This document shows, one piece after another, positions 20,894-32,056 of a stretch of DNA of 64,000 bases. The position numbers and the translations under genes are program-made. Within the stretch, counting starts at the first letter, position 1. Each line of letters begins with the position of its first letter. A model generated the notes under the pieces. That model searched no databases. It saw only the letters and a list, made by a program, of their open reading frames with translations, and was not told where the DNA came from. This DNA is from an uncultured Verrucomicrobiales bacterium. Its GTDB lineage: Bacteria > Verrucomicrobiota > Verrucomicrobiia > Verrucomicrobiales > DEV007. Location of the stretch: the NCBI GenBank assembly GCA_938091905.1, contig CALKOM010000001.1, positions 32,001-96,000 on the forward strand, written 5' to 3'.

Positions 20894-23485
20894 ATGCGCG
20901 TTTGGTTTGATGAGCTGGTCTTGCTGTGGCGGCAGTTTACGTGGCGTCATTGGTGTGCAGCTCCATGGAAGACCCTGCTACTGACTGGCATTCTCGCGCT
21001 TGGAGTGGCGGTCTTCTTCTCGATCCGCCTAGCGAATCGCGCAGCAGTAGCAGGCTTTCAGCTTTTTTCAGAGAATGTGACGGGCACGAGTGACTATGTG
21101 CTAACCTCAGCGGCCGGTGAGCTTCCGATCGAGTTGTTGCAAGAGATGCGAGTGGCTTTGGGAGACATTCCTGCCGGACTGTTTCCAGTGTTAGAGTCCA
21201 CGGCGATTAAGCCGATGGTTGGCACGGAAGGCTTAGGCGCGACGTCGTTTCAGGTGATCGGAGTGGATCTTGCGACGCTCCCTAACATTACTTATCTTTC
21301 GGAAAATGGAGAGACGTCCATGGTCTCCGATTCTGGCCAGTTGAGCGACACTGAATTGGGGAGCGACTCGGCGTTGTTTATCTCGAGCACGTTGGCTGCC
21401 AAACATGAATGGGAGGAGAGCGACCAAGTCTCACTAATCTTTGACGATCAAATTCACGAGTGTCTGATCGCCGGTGTGCTGCCGGGTGGCGACTTTGCTG
21501 TGCAGCAGCCAGACAATCTTATCGTGATGGATTTGCCGCAACTGCAGTCGATCACGTCGCAGATGGATCGTGTGCACCGAGTGGAAGTTCGAGTGCCAGC
21601 AGGGCAGTGGGAAGTTGCCTGGAAAGGAGAAGCAGGTGAGCGTTTGGAGAGGGCGGCTGACGGGCGTTGGCTTGTTGAGACGCCAGATCAGCGCCGAGAA
21701 ACGGGGAGTACGATGACAAAGGCGTTTCGGATGAACCTCAGCATCCTGTCATGCCTAGCATTGATCGTGGGTATTTATTTGATTTTGCAGGCACTGGACG
21801 CTGCCGTCGTTAGACGACGGCCAGAGATTGCAACCTTACGTGCTTTGGGCGTGTCGCCGAAGCGGATTCGTCAAGCCTGGCAGATGGAGGCTTTTGTGAT
21901 GGGAGTAGTTGGAACGGCGATTGGCCTATTGATCGGTTGGGGCTTGGCGCAATTCACCGTGCGGGCTATTGCGCAGACTGTGAATGCTCTCTACTATAGT
22001 AACACTACAGCTGCAGCGGGGTGGCATTGGGGAGAGGCGCTGATGGCGGGCTTGGTCGGCGTTCTCGCTAGTGGAATTGCTGGGTGGTTGCCGGCGAAGG
22101 ATGCCTCGCAGACGCCGCCAGCACAAATGCTGCAGCGAGGGGCTCGCTCAGACGGTCTCCGCCTTCTGACGAAGCCGTGGCTCGGGGTGGGCTTGTTGGT
22201 CGTGGCGATGCTGGCGCACGTGGCACCACCTTGGCGCGATGCCGCTGGCGGTGTGGTGCCTTTGGCCGGCTACGCGGCAGCGTTTCTTTGGGTGGCCGGT
22301 GCTGGCATCTTGTGTGGTACTCTGTTTCGCTCACTTGCTTGCGTAGGCACGGCTGCAAGTTCAGAGAGACCAGCGATGTTTTATGCAGCGAGCCAGCTGC
22401 GAAAGGCTACGGGTCGGCATCGTCTAGCGACGGCGGGGCTGGTCGTCGCGGTGGCGATGGCTGGCGGGATGAGTATTCTCGTTGGCAGTTTTGAGTCGAC
22501 CGTGACGCGATGGTTAGACAGTGTCATGAAAGCCGATCTCTTTGTGGCCTGTCAGGGCATTGGCAATGCGTCGAGCCGTAACCGTCTTCAGGAATCGACT
22601 TGGCGAGCTCTTCAGAAGGAAGCGTCCGTGGCAAACTGTGAAGTGTCTCAGTTCTATCGCATTCGTTTGGGGGAGAAACTGACGATCTTGGCTGGCGTCG
22701 ATCTAAAAGCTTCCCAGGGTTCATTGGCACCCATCTGGCTGGAGGCACCGCCTGCGGATCTTGCCGAAGTGGAGGGAAGGAGCTGGGGCGTCATGAGTGA
22801 GCCGTTTGCCTATCGGTTTAACACGAAGGTTGGGGATACGGTGGATGTGCCGACGCCGAAGGGGCCGCGGAAGGTGACGTTGGCAGGAATTTTCGCAGAC
22901 TACGGCAATGAATTTGGAAGCATTGTTGTGGAGAGAGAGATTCTCAGCGATTGGTTCGAGGATACTCGGGCCGCGCGTATGGCGATTTCTCTCGACGACT
23001 CGGCGGATCTCTCTGCCATCCAAGCGGATTGGCTCCAGCGCTATCCTGGCATTGTGGTGACAAATAATCGCGAGTTGCGAGGCGAAGCATTGCGCATCTT
23101 TCACCAGACCTTTGCTGTGACCCATGGTTTGAAATGGATCGGGGTCTTTGTCGCGGTGGCGGGTCTCGCGCTTGCGTTAGCGAGCATGCTTGCGGAACGG
23201 CTTCGCGAACTTACAACTTTGCGTGCGCTCGGGCTTGGCCATCGTGAGATTGGTCGCGCCGCGGCCTGGGAGAGCCTTGGGCTGGCGATGGTGGGACTGA
23301 CTGTGGGCATTTCTCTTAGCTTGGTGCTGGGCCACCTCATCATCTTCGTCATCAATCGTCAGGCTTTTGGCTGGACCCTGCTTTTCAAAGTGCCGTGGTC
23401 TGACCTCGCGATTCTGGCAGGCGGCGTGCTGGCGATTTCTGCCATCGTCGGGTATGTGACCGGTGCCCGTGTGGGCAAGGCCTAA
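20894..23485 (+). CDS. ABC transporter permease (duplicated MacB-PCD/FtsX architecture)
   Basis: 863 aa; two RRPEIATLRALG / RLRELTTLRALG motifs with flanking TM bundles. Confidence 0.9.
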   Translation: MRVWFDELVLLWRQFTWRHWCAAPWKTLLLTGILALGVAVFFSIRLANRAAVAGFQLFSENVTGTSDYVLTSAAGELPIELLQEMRVALGDIPAGLFPVLESTAIKPMVGTEGLGATSFQVIGVDLATLPNITYLSENGETSMVSDSGQLSDTELGSDSALFISSTLAAKHEWEESDQVSLIFDDQIHECLIAGVLPGGDFAVQQPDNLIVMDLPQLQSITSQMDRVHRVEVRVPAGQWEVAWKGEAGERLERAADGRWLVETPDQRRETGSTMTKAFRMNLSILSCLALIVGIYLILQALDAAVVRRRPEIATLRALGVSPKRIRQAWQMEAFVMGVVGTAIGLLIGWGLAQFTVRAIAQTVNALYYSNTTAAAGWHWGEALMAGLVGVLASGIAGWLPAKDASQTPPAQMLQRGARSDGLRLLTKPWLGVGLLVVAMLAHVAPPWRDAAGGVVPLAGYAAAFLWVAGAGILCGTLFRSLACVGTAASSERPAMFYAASQLRKATGRHRLATAGLVVAVAMAGGMSILVGSFESTVTRWLDSVMKADLFVACQGIGNASSRNRLQESTWRALQKEASVANCEVSQFYRIRLGEKLTILAGVDLKASQGSLAPIWLEAPPADLAEVEGRSWGVMSEPFAYRFNTKVGDTVDVPTPKGPRKVTLAGIFADYGNEFGSIVVEREILSDWFEDTRAARMAISLDDSADLSAIQADWLQRYPGIVVTNNRELRGEALRIFHQTFAVTHGLKWIGVFVAVAGLALALASMLAERLRELTTLRALGLGHREIGRAAAWESLGLAMVGLTVGISLSLVLGHLIIFVINRQAFGWTLLFKVPWSDLAILAGGVLAISAIVGYVTGARVGKA

Positions 23486-23530
23486 GAATCTTTGGTCGAC
23501 TCCGGTGACCAAGAGTGTCCAAGCTGGGGA

Positions 23531-25111
23531 ATGTTCCGCTTCTTTAGACGCCGACCGATCATCACGGCCTTTCTCTTGCTGCTAGTTGGGGTGGGCATCT
23601 TCGTGAGAGTGCGTATGCACGGGCCTTATCGTGACTACCGTGTGTCCCAGGCCTGGGTTTCTCAGGCTCCGGCGGACGAAGCGCTTTTAGTGGGAGCAGC
23701 CATGCGAGACATCACGCCAGAGTTGGCGGCGTATGATTCATGGGTCGATGCGGATCAGAATTCGAAGTTTGAGCCCGACAAGGGGGATACTTATGAAGAC
23801 CGAAACGGAAATGGCGACTTCGACTTTGTTTGGTTAGGTGGGTTTGATGCAAATAGGCCCGCTCAGGGAGTCAACGACCCGCTCAGTTCGCGAGCCATTG
23901 CTGTTCGGCATGGGGAACGTACCGTAGTATTGGTGAGCATTGATAGTGTGGGATTGACTCATGAGCGGTTTATCAGAATCCGAAAGTCGATCGATCATGC
24001 TGCTTATGGCATCGATCACATCATCTTCTCCAGCACGCATACTCATAATAGCCCGGACACGATGGGCATTTGGAGCTACCGCCGGTTGCCCTTCCGTTTT
24101 GATCACGACTACATTGATTTGCTCACAGTTAGGACACGAGAAGCCATCTTGGACGCGATGAGCAATCTGCAGCCAGCTGAAACGAGCTATGCTTCGTTGC
24201 AAATGGAGCCTGCTGGCTACGTTCGAGATTCTCGAAAGCCTGAAGTGTATGATCGTGTGTTGGGTGCTGTGCACTTCAAGGGAAAGGATACGCAAGAGAC
24301 GATCGCTACGCTCGTAAGTTGGGGAAATCACCCTGAGGCAATGGGTAGCAAAAACCCGCTGGTGAGTTCGGACTTCGTTCACTACTTGCGTGAAGGTGTA
24401 GAGAAAGGGTTGCCTGAGCCTAACGGATGTCGGGGGCTCGGTGGCCTGTGCGTGTTCTTTCAAGGAACCGTCGGTGGACTAATGACCCCACTGGGAGTCG
24501 ACGTTCCTGACCGGGATGGTGTCACCATCCACGAAGAAGATGGTCCAGGAAAGACGAAAGCGCTTGGTGAAAACCTTGCGCTTCGTACAGTGGCATTGTT
24601 AGAAAGCGAATCGACACCTCTGCAATCGAACAAACTCGCTTTGGCTGCCGAAACGATCTTTGTGCCGATTACTGGTACCTACAAATATCCCATTATGCTC
24701 GGTGTCATCCATCCGGGTTGGTACGACGGCAATGCCAAGTCGGAAATCAATGCCCTTCGTCTCGGTGAGGTCGAGATGCTCATGATCCCTGGCGAGATCT
24801 ATCCCGAGATTGTCGATGGCGGCGTAGAGTCCCCTGAGGGCGCCGATTTCCCTGGGGAGCCGATCGAAGCGCCTCCTCTACGCCCTCAGATGAAAGGCGA
24901 GCTCAATCTTGTGATCGGCCTCGCGAATGACGAGATCGGCTACATCCTCCCGAGAACACAGTGGGACAGCAAAGCCCCCTACACCTACGGTCGGGACAAG
25001 CGTCCCTACGGGGAAATCACGTCAGGTGGCTCAGGGTTGGGACCTATTATTTACCAAAAGTCAAAAGCAGTGCTCACCGAGCTCCATAACACTAGCGGGC
25101 CACTCGAATAG
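23531..25111 (+). CDS. Membrane-anchored neutral/alkaline ceramidase-like amidohydrolase
   Basis: GVNDPLSSRA, STHTHNSPD, GNHPE, IPGEIYPE, GLANDEIGYI motifs; N-terminal TM segment. Confidence 0.75.
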   Translation: MFRFFRRRPIITAFLLLLVGVGIFVRVRMHGPYRDYRVSQAWVSQAPADEALLVGAAMRDITPELAAYDSWVDADQNSKFEPDKGDTYEDRNGNGDFDFVWLGGFDANRPAQGVNDPLSSRAIAVRHGERTVVLVSIDSVGLTHERFIRIRKSIDHAAYGIDHIIFSSTHTHNSPDTMGIWSYRRLPFRFDHDYIDLLTVRTREAILDAMSNLQPAETSYASLQMEPAGYVRDSRKPEVYDRVLGAVHFKGKDTQETIATLVSWGNHPEAMGSKNPLVSSDFVHYLREGVEKGLPEPNGCRGLGGLCVFFQGTVGGLMTPLGVDVPDRDGVTIHEEDGPGKTKALGENLALRTVALLESESTPLQSNKLALAAETIFVPITGTYKYPIMLGVIHPGWYDGNAKSEINALRLGEVEMLMIPGEIYPEIVDGGVESPEGADFPGEPIEAPPLRPQMKGELNLVIGLANDEIGYILPRTQWDSKAPYTYGRDKRPYGEITSGGSGLGPIIYQKSKAVLTELHNTSGPLE

Positions 25112-25149
25112 TAGTGTGATTTCTCCTGAGAGTGTGGTAGTCATCGGCG

Positions 25150-25749
25150 ATGAAGCTTCTCCCGTTTCTTCTGATTGTGATCGCTCACACCACTTCATTC
25201 GCTGGGATGATCTTTCAGTTCGACAATCAAACTACCGCCATTGGAATTGCGTTAGACAATCAGACTTCAGGGACTTTCGGCGTGGGTGGCATCCAGATGA
25301 CCGCTACTGCAAGTACTGGTGTTTTCAACACAACCGCCGACAACTTTGGTATCAATCAACAGGCATCTAACGATGACACCGATGGATTTGACTTCACGGA
25401 AGGCGGCGGTTCCGGTGTTGCCGAAGGGCTCACCATCAAATTTGATCAGAATGTTCTCCTTGAGAACTTTGATGTGAGTTCTTTTAATGCTGGAAACGAC
25501 CAGATATCGCTGAAGGTTGGAGCAAGCAACGTTGCAACAGTGACTGGCACTGGCACGACTTCGCTGGGCAACTTTGCGTTGACTGCAAATACTGATTTGC
25601 TGATAAGCACTACGGGAGGAATCTATGGTAACGGCTGGTCACTGGACTTTATCGAGGTCAGCGCAGCCCCCGTTCCAGAACCATCCTCGATGCTTCTTGC
25701 GGGAGGACTCACCCTTCTTCTAATCGGTCATCGCCGCCGCAAAGTCTAG
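25150..25749 (+). CDS. PEP-CTERM sorting domain protein
   Basis: Signal peptide; C-terminus VPEPSS + TM + RRRK. Confidence 0.92.
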   Translation: MKLLPFLLIVIAHTTSFAGMIFQFDNQTTAIGIALDNQTSGTFGVGGIQMTATASTGVFNTTADNFGINQQASNDDTDGFDFTEGGGSGVAEGLTIKFDQNVLLENFDVSSFNAGNDQISLKVGASNVATVTGTGTTSLGNFALTANTDLLISTTGGIYGNGWSLDFIEVSAAPVPEPSSMLLAGGLTLLLIGHRRRKV

Positions 25750-25753
25750 TTTC

Positions 25754-28057
25754 CTAACTCTTCGAGATCGACTCGTCGAGGTTAAGGATTATGGACGCTA
25801 CCGCAGCGTAGGACGCGAGTTCGGCAGGGTCTAGCGCTTTGTTAGTTTTATGTTCGCCTCCGGTAAGGTAGTGGTTAGTCATTTCTTCATCGCCATTGAA
25901 TTCGCGGTAGCGATCGTTGAACTCGGCTTTGAGGATGGTAAGCTCGTCTTTGTTGGGCTTCCGAGAGGTTGCTAGCCGAAAAGCGAAGCTGAGGCGGGCA
26001 TCGAGGTGATCGCCGCCTTCTTGGATCATACGTTCGGCGAGGACGCGAGCGGCTTCGGTGAACTGAACGTCATTGAGGAGGACGAGGGCTTGGAGTGGGG
26101 TGTTGGTTTGTTCGCGGCGCGTGCGACAGGCGATGCGGCCGTCGGCGCCTAAGAGGCGCATGTTGGCGGCGGGGATTTGTCGTTTCCAGTAGGTGTAGAG
26201 GCTGCGGCGATAGAGGTCTTCTCCTTCTCCGACGGCAAACTTGGCTTCGGCAGCGCCGATGGCATTTCTGCCAAACAGTTCGGCGGGTTGGTAGGGGCGG
26301 ACCCCTGGGCCGCCGGATTTTGTGACTAACAAACCGCTGGTGGCGAGTGCGTGATCTCGAATGAACTCGGCGCTGAGGCGTTGGCGAGGCGCGCGTGCGA
26401 GCAGGCGATTGTCGGGGTCTTGATCGTTTGCAGACGTTCGAACACTGGATTGTTGGTAAGCGGTTGAGGTGACGATTTGTCTAATGAGCGCCTTCGTGTC
26501 CCAGCCAGAATCTATGAACGTGACTGCGAGATGATCGAGTAACTGGTGATGGGAGGGGCGTTCCCCTTGGGTCCCGAAATCTTCGGACGTCTTCACGAGC
26601 CCAGTGCCGAAGAGCATCTGCCAGAGCCGATTCACGGCGACGCGGGCTGTGAGAGGGTGGTTAGGATCTGTCATCCACTGGGCGAGGCCGAGCCGATTCT
26701 TGGGCAGGGATTCGTCATAGGGCATGACACTACTTGGCCCGACGGCCTCGACCTCTTCTCCGGGCTTGTCATACTCACCGCGGAGTAGGACGTACATGGC
26801 CCGAGGTTTCTCCGAGTCGGAGGCGATCATGCTGACGGGAATGGTCGTGTCGATCTTGCGTTGTTCCTTTTTGAAGGCTTCGAGTTCCTGATGCTCGGGA
26901 GTGTCCTTCTTGGGCTTGCCTAGTTCGCCGATGGACTTCTTGATTTCTGCCAGGCGAGCGTCTTTCTCTGGCGTGCTGAACTTTAGAATAGGATCAGTGG
27001 CCCCCTTGGTGTTTCCTCTGCCCACGAGATTGTTGAAGAATCCGCCAAACTGATAGTACTCCTTCTGCGTCATCGGATCGAACTTGTGATCATGACATTG
27101 TGCGCATTCCATGGTGAGGCCGAGGAACGCAGTCGAGGTGGTGTTGACGCGGTCGATGAGATACTTGATTCGGTAATCCTCGTCGATTAGTCCACCTTCG
27201 TTCGAGGTGGCGTTGTTGCGGAGGAATCCTGTGGCCAGCTTCTGATCGACGCTCGGTTCAGGGAGAAGATCGCCTGCGAGTTGCCAAGTGAGGAACTTGT
27301 CGTAGGGCAGATTCTCATTGAAGGCCTGAACGACCCAGTCTCGCCACAGGTAGATGCTACGCGGGTGATCTTCAAAGAGGCCGTCGGTGTCGCCATAGCG
27401 AGCGATGTCGAGCCATTCCAAGGCGAGACGTTCGCCAAACGCAGGCGACTCGAGCAAGCGATTGATTGCCTTTGGCCAGGCGGACGCTTGGTCTTCGGCG
27501 AGGAAGGTGTCCATCTCCGCCAACGTCGGAGCCAGTCCGGTGAGATCGAAACTGAGACGGCGTAGCAGGTGTTCTCGGCTAGCGCGTGCAGCTGGTTTCA
27601 TGCCTTTCTCTTCCAAGCGTGCTAGGATGAAATGATCGACAGGGTTCACGTCGTGTGGAAGAGCGGCTTTGCTAGGAGAAATGAAAGCCCAGTGGCGTTC
27701 CCAAGGAGCCCCTTGCTCAATCCAGCTGGTTAAGAGAGCGATTTCCTCCTTGGTCACGGAAGTCTTGGCTTCGGGTGGTGGCATGACCTCGTCAGGATCT
27801 TGGCTGGTGATACGCCGCAAGATATGGCTCTTGTTAGGATGGCCTTCGGCTATGGGGACAAGACCGTCCGCTTCAAGCGCTGTCTTGGCGGCATCCTCCT
27901 GATCGAGACGCAATCCCGCTTTGCGCGAGGCCGAGTCGGGGCCGTGACAAGCAAAGCAGCGATCCGATAGGATAGGCCGGATGTGCTCATTGAAGGAAAC
28001 GGTCTCGGCGTAAGCGGCCAGAGTTGCGAGTAGCAAGGCGAACGAAGCAAGTCTCAT
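25754..28057 (-). CDS. Planctomycete cytochrome c (PSCyt1) / DUF1549 / DUF1553 protein
   Basis: CFACH and CAQCH heme motifs; [29 protein letters not shown]. Confidence 0.92.
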   Translation of the reverse strand: MRLASFALLLATLAAYAETVSFNEHIRPILSDRCFACHGPDSASRKAGLRLDQEDAAKTALEADGLVPIAEGHPNKSHILRRITSQDPDEVMPPPEAKTSVTKEEIALLTSWIEQGAPWERHWAFISPSKAALPHDVNPVDHFILARLEEKGMKPAARASREHLLRRLSFDLTGLAPTLAEMDTFLAEDQASAWPKAINRLLESPAFGERLALEWLDIARYGDTDGLFEDHPRSIYLWRDWVVQAFNENLPYDKFLTWQLAGDLLPEPSVDQKLATGFLRNNATSNEGGLIDEDYRIKYLIDRVNTTSTAFLGLTMECAQCHDHKFDPMTQKEYYQFGGFFNNLVGRGNTKGATDPILKFSTPEKDARLAEIKKSIGELGKPKKDTPEHQELEAFKKEQRKIDTTIPVSMIASDSEKPRAMYVLLRGEYDKPGEEVEAVGPSSVMPYDESLPKNRLGLAQWMTDPNHPLTARVAVNRLWQMLFGTGLVKTSEDFGTQGERPSHHQLLDHLAVTFIDSGWDTKALIRQIVTSTAYQQSSVRTSANDQDPDNRLLARAPRQRLSAEFIRDHALATSGLLVTKSGGPGVRPYQPAELFGRNAIGAAEAKFAVGEGEDLYRRSLYTYWKRQIPAANMRLLGADGRIACRTRREQTNTPLQALVLLNDVQFTEAARVLAERMIQEGGDHLDARLSFAFRLATSRKPNKDELTILKAEFNDRYREFNGDEEMTNHYLTGGEHKTNKALDPAELASYAAVASIILNLDESISKS

Positions 28058-29535
28058 ACGAGGATAGGCTTGATGACTTTCCCATGCACATCCGTTAGGC
28101 GGAAGCGTCGCCCTTGGTAGCGGAAGGTGAGACGTTCGTGATCAACGCCCATGAGTTGCATGGCCGTGGCCTGAAAGTCGTGCACGTGCACGGGGTCCTG
28201 CGCGATGTTATAGCCAAGTTCATCGGTGGCTCCGTAGCTGGTGCCGGGTTTGATCCCGCCTCCAGCCATCCAGTAGGTAAAGCAGCGGGGATGATGATCG
28301 CGGCCGTTGGCGGCTTTGCTAGCCTTGCCTTGACTGTAGGTGGTCCGGCCGAATTCGCCTCCCCAGACGATGAGCGTGTTGTCCAGCAGACCGCGTTGCT
28401 TGAGATCGGTGACGAGAGCGGCTTGCGCTTGATCCACATCCTGACACTGTTTCGGAAGAGCTTTCAACAAGTCGCCATGCTGGTCCCAGCCGCGATGATA
28501 GAGTTGAATGAAGCGGACGCCGCGTTCGGCTAAACGACGGGCCAGGAGGCAGTTTGCGGCAAATTTGCCCGGTGTTTGGCATTCGGGTCCGTAGAGATCG
28601 AGGATGGATTTGGGCTCATTGCTAATGTCTGTGGCTTCCGGAACTGACATCTGCATGCGAAAGGCCATTTCGTACTGAGCGATGCGGGTGGCGATCTCGG
28701 GATCATGAAAGGTATCGTGTTGGATCTTGTTTAGAGCCTCGATTCGGTTAATCATGCGTCGGCGACTCTCGACCGATTCTCCTGGTTGGCTATTGAGGTA
28801 GAGCACCGGCGTCTTGCCACCGCGAAACTGCACGCCTTGATGCACACTTGGAAGGAAGCCGCTGCCCCAGAGTTTGGAATAAACGGGTTGGCTGCCGGGC
28901 CGACCCGTGCCATTTGAGATGAGTACCGTGAACGCTGGCAAATTGCTATTCTCTGCTCCGAGTCCATAGCTCATCCAAGCACCCATGCTGGGACGACCGG
29001 GCTGTTGGTGACCCGTTTGAAAGAAGGTCACTCCGGGATCATGATTGATCGCCTCTGTGTGCATGGATTTCACAAAGCAGAGATCATCGGCGATGCGTGC
29101 TGTGTGAGGGAGAAGTTCGCTTAGCCAGGCGCCACTCTTGCCATGTTGTTGGAAGGCAAAGTTAGAACGCGCAATCGGAAACGACGCTTGCCCAGCAGTC
29201 ATGCCGGTGAGGCGTTGAGTTTTTTCAATGAAGCCTTCCTTGCTCCAGGTTTTTGTCTTGGGATCGAAGCGTTTGAAGAGTTCCTTGCCGTGGTGTTCGT
29301 TAATCTTTGGTTTGTAGTCGAACAGGTCTTGTTGGGACGGTGCCCCGTTCATGAAGAGGAAGATGATCCTCTTCGCCTTTGGAGCGAGGTGCAAGCCGCG
29401 ACGTGCCACATCCGAAGCAAACGCGTTGGGCGCTAGTAGGGAATTCAGTGCTAGCGAGCCGATCCCGGCAGATCCTGCGCGGAGCAAGTGACGTCGGGTG
29501 ATGACGTGTTTCAGCAGTTCGGTGGGGGCATTCAT
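28054..29535 (-). CDS. DUF1501 protein (Tat-exported)
   Basis: TRRHLL twin-arginine motif; GAPSQQDLFDYKP, GWDQH, GEFGRT, GRDHHP. Confidence 0.92.
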   Translation of the reverse strand: MNAPTELLKHVITRRHLLRAGSAGIGSLALNSLLAPNAFASDVARRGLHLAPKAKRIIFLFMNGAPSQQDLFDYKPKINEHHGKELFKRFDPKTKTWSKEGFIEKTQRLTGMTAGQASFPIARSNFAFQQHGKSGAWLSELLPHTARIADDLCFVKSMHTEAINHDPGVTFFQTGHQQPGRPSMGAWMSYGLGAENSNLPAFTVLISNGTGRPGSQPVYSKLWGSGFLPSVHQGVQFRGGKTPVLYLNSQPGESVESRRRMINRIEALNKIQHDTFHDPEIATRIAQYEMAFRMQMSVPEATDISNEPKSILDLYGPECQTPGKFAANCLLARRLAERGVRFIQLYHRGWDQHGDLLKALPKQCQDVDQAQAALVTDLKQRGLLDNTLIVWGGEFGRTTYSQGKASKAANGRDHHPRCFTYWMAGGGIKPGTSYGATDELGYNIAQDPVHVHDFQATAMQLMGVDHERLTFRYQGRRFRLTDVHGKVIKPILV

Positions 29536-29635
29536 TCAGGGATATGTTACCCCAACGAGGCGCGTTTGTCCCGGTGGCAAACCAGGGAAAGATTCTTCTG
29601 GGATGCCGCTTGGGTTCAGTCCAAGGTTCACTACC

Positions 29636-32056
29636 ATGTGGAAGACCTTCTGTATCGTGTTTCTCCTAGCTCGAGGATGGCTTTCTGCGGATACGGACCA
29701 TTGGGCGTTTGAGCCTATTGAGGAACCGGAATCCAGACCAATCTCCATTGATACTTTAGTTGGGGAGAAGTTGGTGGAGAAGGGTCTTGAATGGTCTCCA
29801 GAGGCCGATAGGCGGACGCTCATTCGGCGACTCTATTTGGCCATGTTAGGAATACCTCCTAGTGTTGAGGAAATAGAAGCTTTCGTTGCCTATGAGGCAC
29901 CGAACGAAATCGCTTGGTCTCGTGTCGTGGATCGGGTGTTGGCCGACCCGCGCTATGGAGAACGGTGGGCACTGCATTGGTTAGACACCATTCGTTGGGC
30001 GGAGACGGTGGGATTCGAGACCAATGCACCTCGTCCGAATGCTTGGCACTACCGCGATTGGGTCATCGAGTCGTTCAATCGTGACCAGCCCTATGATCAG
30101 TTCATCTTTGAACAACTTGCGGGTGATACGTGTGAGGCGGATGCGGCCCTTGGCTTTCTCGTGGCCGGACCGGCAAATCTGCCGGGGCAGATTGGTCGGG
30201 ATGAATTGGCCATGCGCAGTGCGCGTCAGGATGAACTGGATGAAGTCATCCGGACGGTTAGCCAAACTTTCCTTGGGTTGACGGTGGGGTGTGCACGCTG
30301 TCATGACCATAAATTCGATCCGATTTCGGCGAAGGATTATTATGCGATGCAGGCGGTGTTTGCGGGTCTCCGCTATGGGGATCGGCGTCGACGTGGGCCC
30401 GAGAATGACGCTTGGACTGGTCGCGTCCCTTACATGACGGCGACAGTGCGAAAACTAGCAGCTGAGCTAGAGGCGTTACGGATCAGGCATGGCTTGAAGA
30501 CGCCTCTTGGAAATGTCGAGACTGTGTCGTTTGAACCCCTTCTTGCGCAAACAGTGCGCATGCGGATCAACGCGACTACGAATGGTAGTGCGGCTTCACT
30601 TTACGAGTTCGAGGTTTGGCAGGGAAAGGGTGCAGACGCGATGAATGTGGCGCTCGCTAGCCGGGGTGCCAAAGCCACGGCCTCAAGCTTCGCTTTGGAG
30701 AACCAAACTCGACACCCCGACTGCCTCAACGATGGGAGTGTGGATGAACGTCAGGCCTTTGCCTGGCGTGCAGGCGCAAATGGCCCTGCGTGGGTTCGCA
30801 TCGATCTTGTGGAACCGGCAATGCTCGAACGCGTGGTTTGGCAGCGCGGCTATAGCCAGCCTGCGGACTATGTGATTGAAGTTCAATCACCGGGAACGAC
30901 GACGTGGAATGAACTGGCCCATACTCGAGATCACTTTCCAACTCGAAGTGACACGCGCGCTGCGGCGTCGATTACCTTGGGAGATCTAACAAAGTCCGAT
31001 ATAGCAGAAATAGTCCGCTTGAACGGAGAACTTCGGCGGGCGCAGGCTGAGCTTGCCCGATTGCAAGCAGGCCCGCAGACCTATGCTGCGAGTTTCACTG
31101 ACAAGCCGGACACGACATGGCTATTGCATCGTGGAGATCCGATGCAGCGGAGAGAGGTCGTTGCTCCATCGGTGCCGGTGGCACTGGGGAGCTTGGGGGC
31201 TATCGACGAAGGTCCAGAGGTACGCCGACGGATTCGATTGGCGCGTCATCTTGCTGAGCCTAACCATCCTCTTACCGCGCGGGTGTTGGTCAATCGTGTC
31301 TGGCAATACCACTTCGGCACGGGTTTTGTCGACACGCCGTCGGATTTCGGGAAGATGGGTTCGCTTCCCACCCATCCGAGTTTGCTGGATTGGTTGGCGA
31401 GCGATTTCATGAATCATGGGTGGTCGATCAAGCACCTGCATCGTCGCATTCTCCACTCCCGGACGTTTCTTCAATCGAGCCGCCCGGATGCTCTTGCGCT
31501 TAAAGTGGATGCAGACACCCGTTTCCTCTGGCGCTTCCCCCCTCGGCGCGTGGCGGCCGAAGTTATCCGCGATTCCATGCTTGCTGCCAGCGGCAAGTTG
31601 AACCGGCGTGCGCATGGGGTTGGGTTCGATTTCTTTCGACAACAGGGAGGGCTCTCAGACTATCAGGCGCACGAAACGTTTGAGAGTGATGGTTGGCGGC
31701 GCATGGTTTACGCGCGCAAGATACGCATGCAAGCAGTCGATGTCTTTGGTGCCTTTGATTGTCCAGATGCAGGGCAAATGACTCCCAGGAGAACGCGGTC
31801 GATTACTCCAGTGCAATCGTTAGGGCTGATGAATAGCCCCTTCGCCCTTCGCCAAGCAGGGTTCTTTGCGAAGCGTATCGTGGCCGAGGTGGGAGGTGAT
31901 CCTGAGGCACAGGTGAGCCGTGCGATTGAGATCGCCTTGAATCGTCAAGCCGAGGTCGAGGAACGCAGAACTCTGGCCGCACTGGCTAGAGATCACGGCC
32001 TTGATCAGGTGTGCCGCGTGCTCTTCAACACCAGCGAATTCATCCATTTACCATGA
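29636..32056 (+). CDS. DUF1549/DUF1553 protein with inserted discoidin (F5/8)-like domain
   Basis: [25 protein letters not shown]; central ASSF...NDG...WVRIDL insert; no N-terminal PSCyt1 heme motif. Confidence 0.88.
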   Translation: MWKTFCIVFLLARGWLSADTDHWAFEPIEEPESRPISIDTLVGEKLVEKGLEWSPEADRRTLIRRLYLAMLGIPPSVEEIEAFVAYEAPNEIAWSRVVDRVLADPRYGERWALHWLDTIRWAETVGFETNAPRPNAWHYRDWVIESFNRDQPYDQFIFEQLAGDTCEADAALGFLVAGPANLPGQIGRDELAMRSARQDELDEVIRTVSQTFLGLTVGCARCHDHKFDPISAKDYYAMQAVFAGLRYGDRRRRGPENDAWTGRVPYMTATVRKLAAELEALRIRHGLKTPLGNVETVSFEPLLAQTVRMRINATTNGSAASLYEFEVWQGKGADAMNVALASRGAKATASSFALENQTRHPDCLNDGSVDERQAFAWRAGANGPAWVRIDLVEPAMLERVVWQRGYSQPADYVIEVQSPGTTTWNELAHTRDHFPTRSDTRAAASITLGDLTKSDIAEIVRLNGELRRAQAELARLQAGPQTYAASFTDKPDTTWLLHRGDPMQRREVVAPSVPVALGSLGAIDEGPEVRRRIRLARHLAEPNHPLTARVLVNRVWQYHFGTGFVDTPSDFGKMGSLPTHPSLLDWLASDFMNHGWSIKHLHRRILHSRTFLQSSRPDALALKVDADTRFLWRFPPRRVAAEVIRDSMLAASGKLNRRAHGVGFDFFRQQGGLSDYQAHETFESDGWRRMVYARKIRMQAVDVFGAFDCPDAGQMTPRRTRSITPVQSLGLMNSPFALRQAGFFAKRIVAEVGGDPEAQVSRAIEIALNRQAEVEERRTLAALARDHGLDQVCRVLFNTSEFIHLP

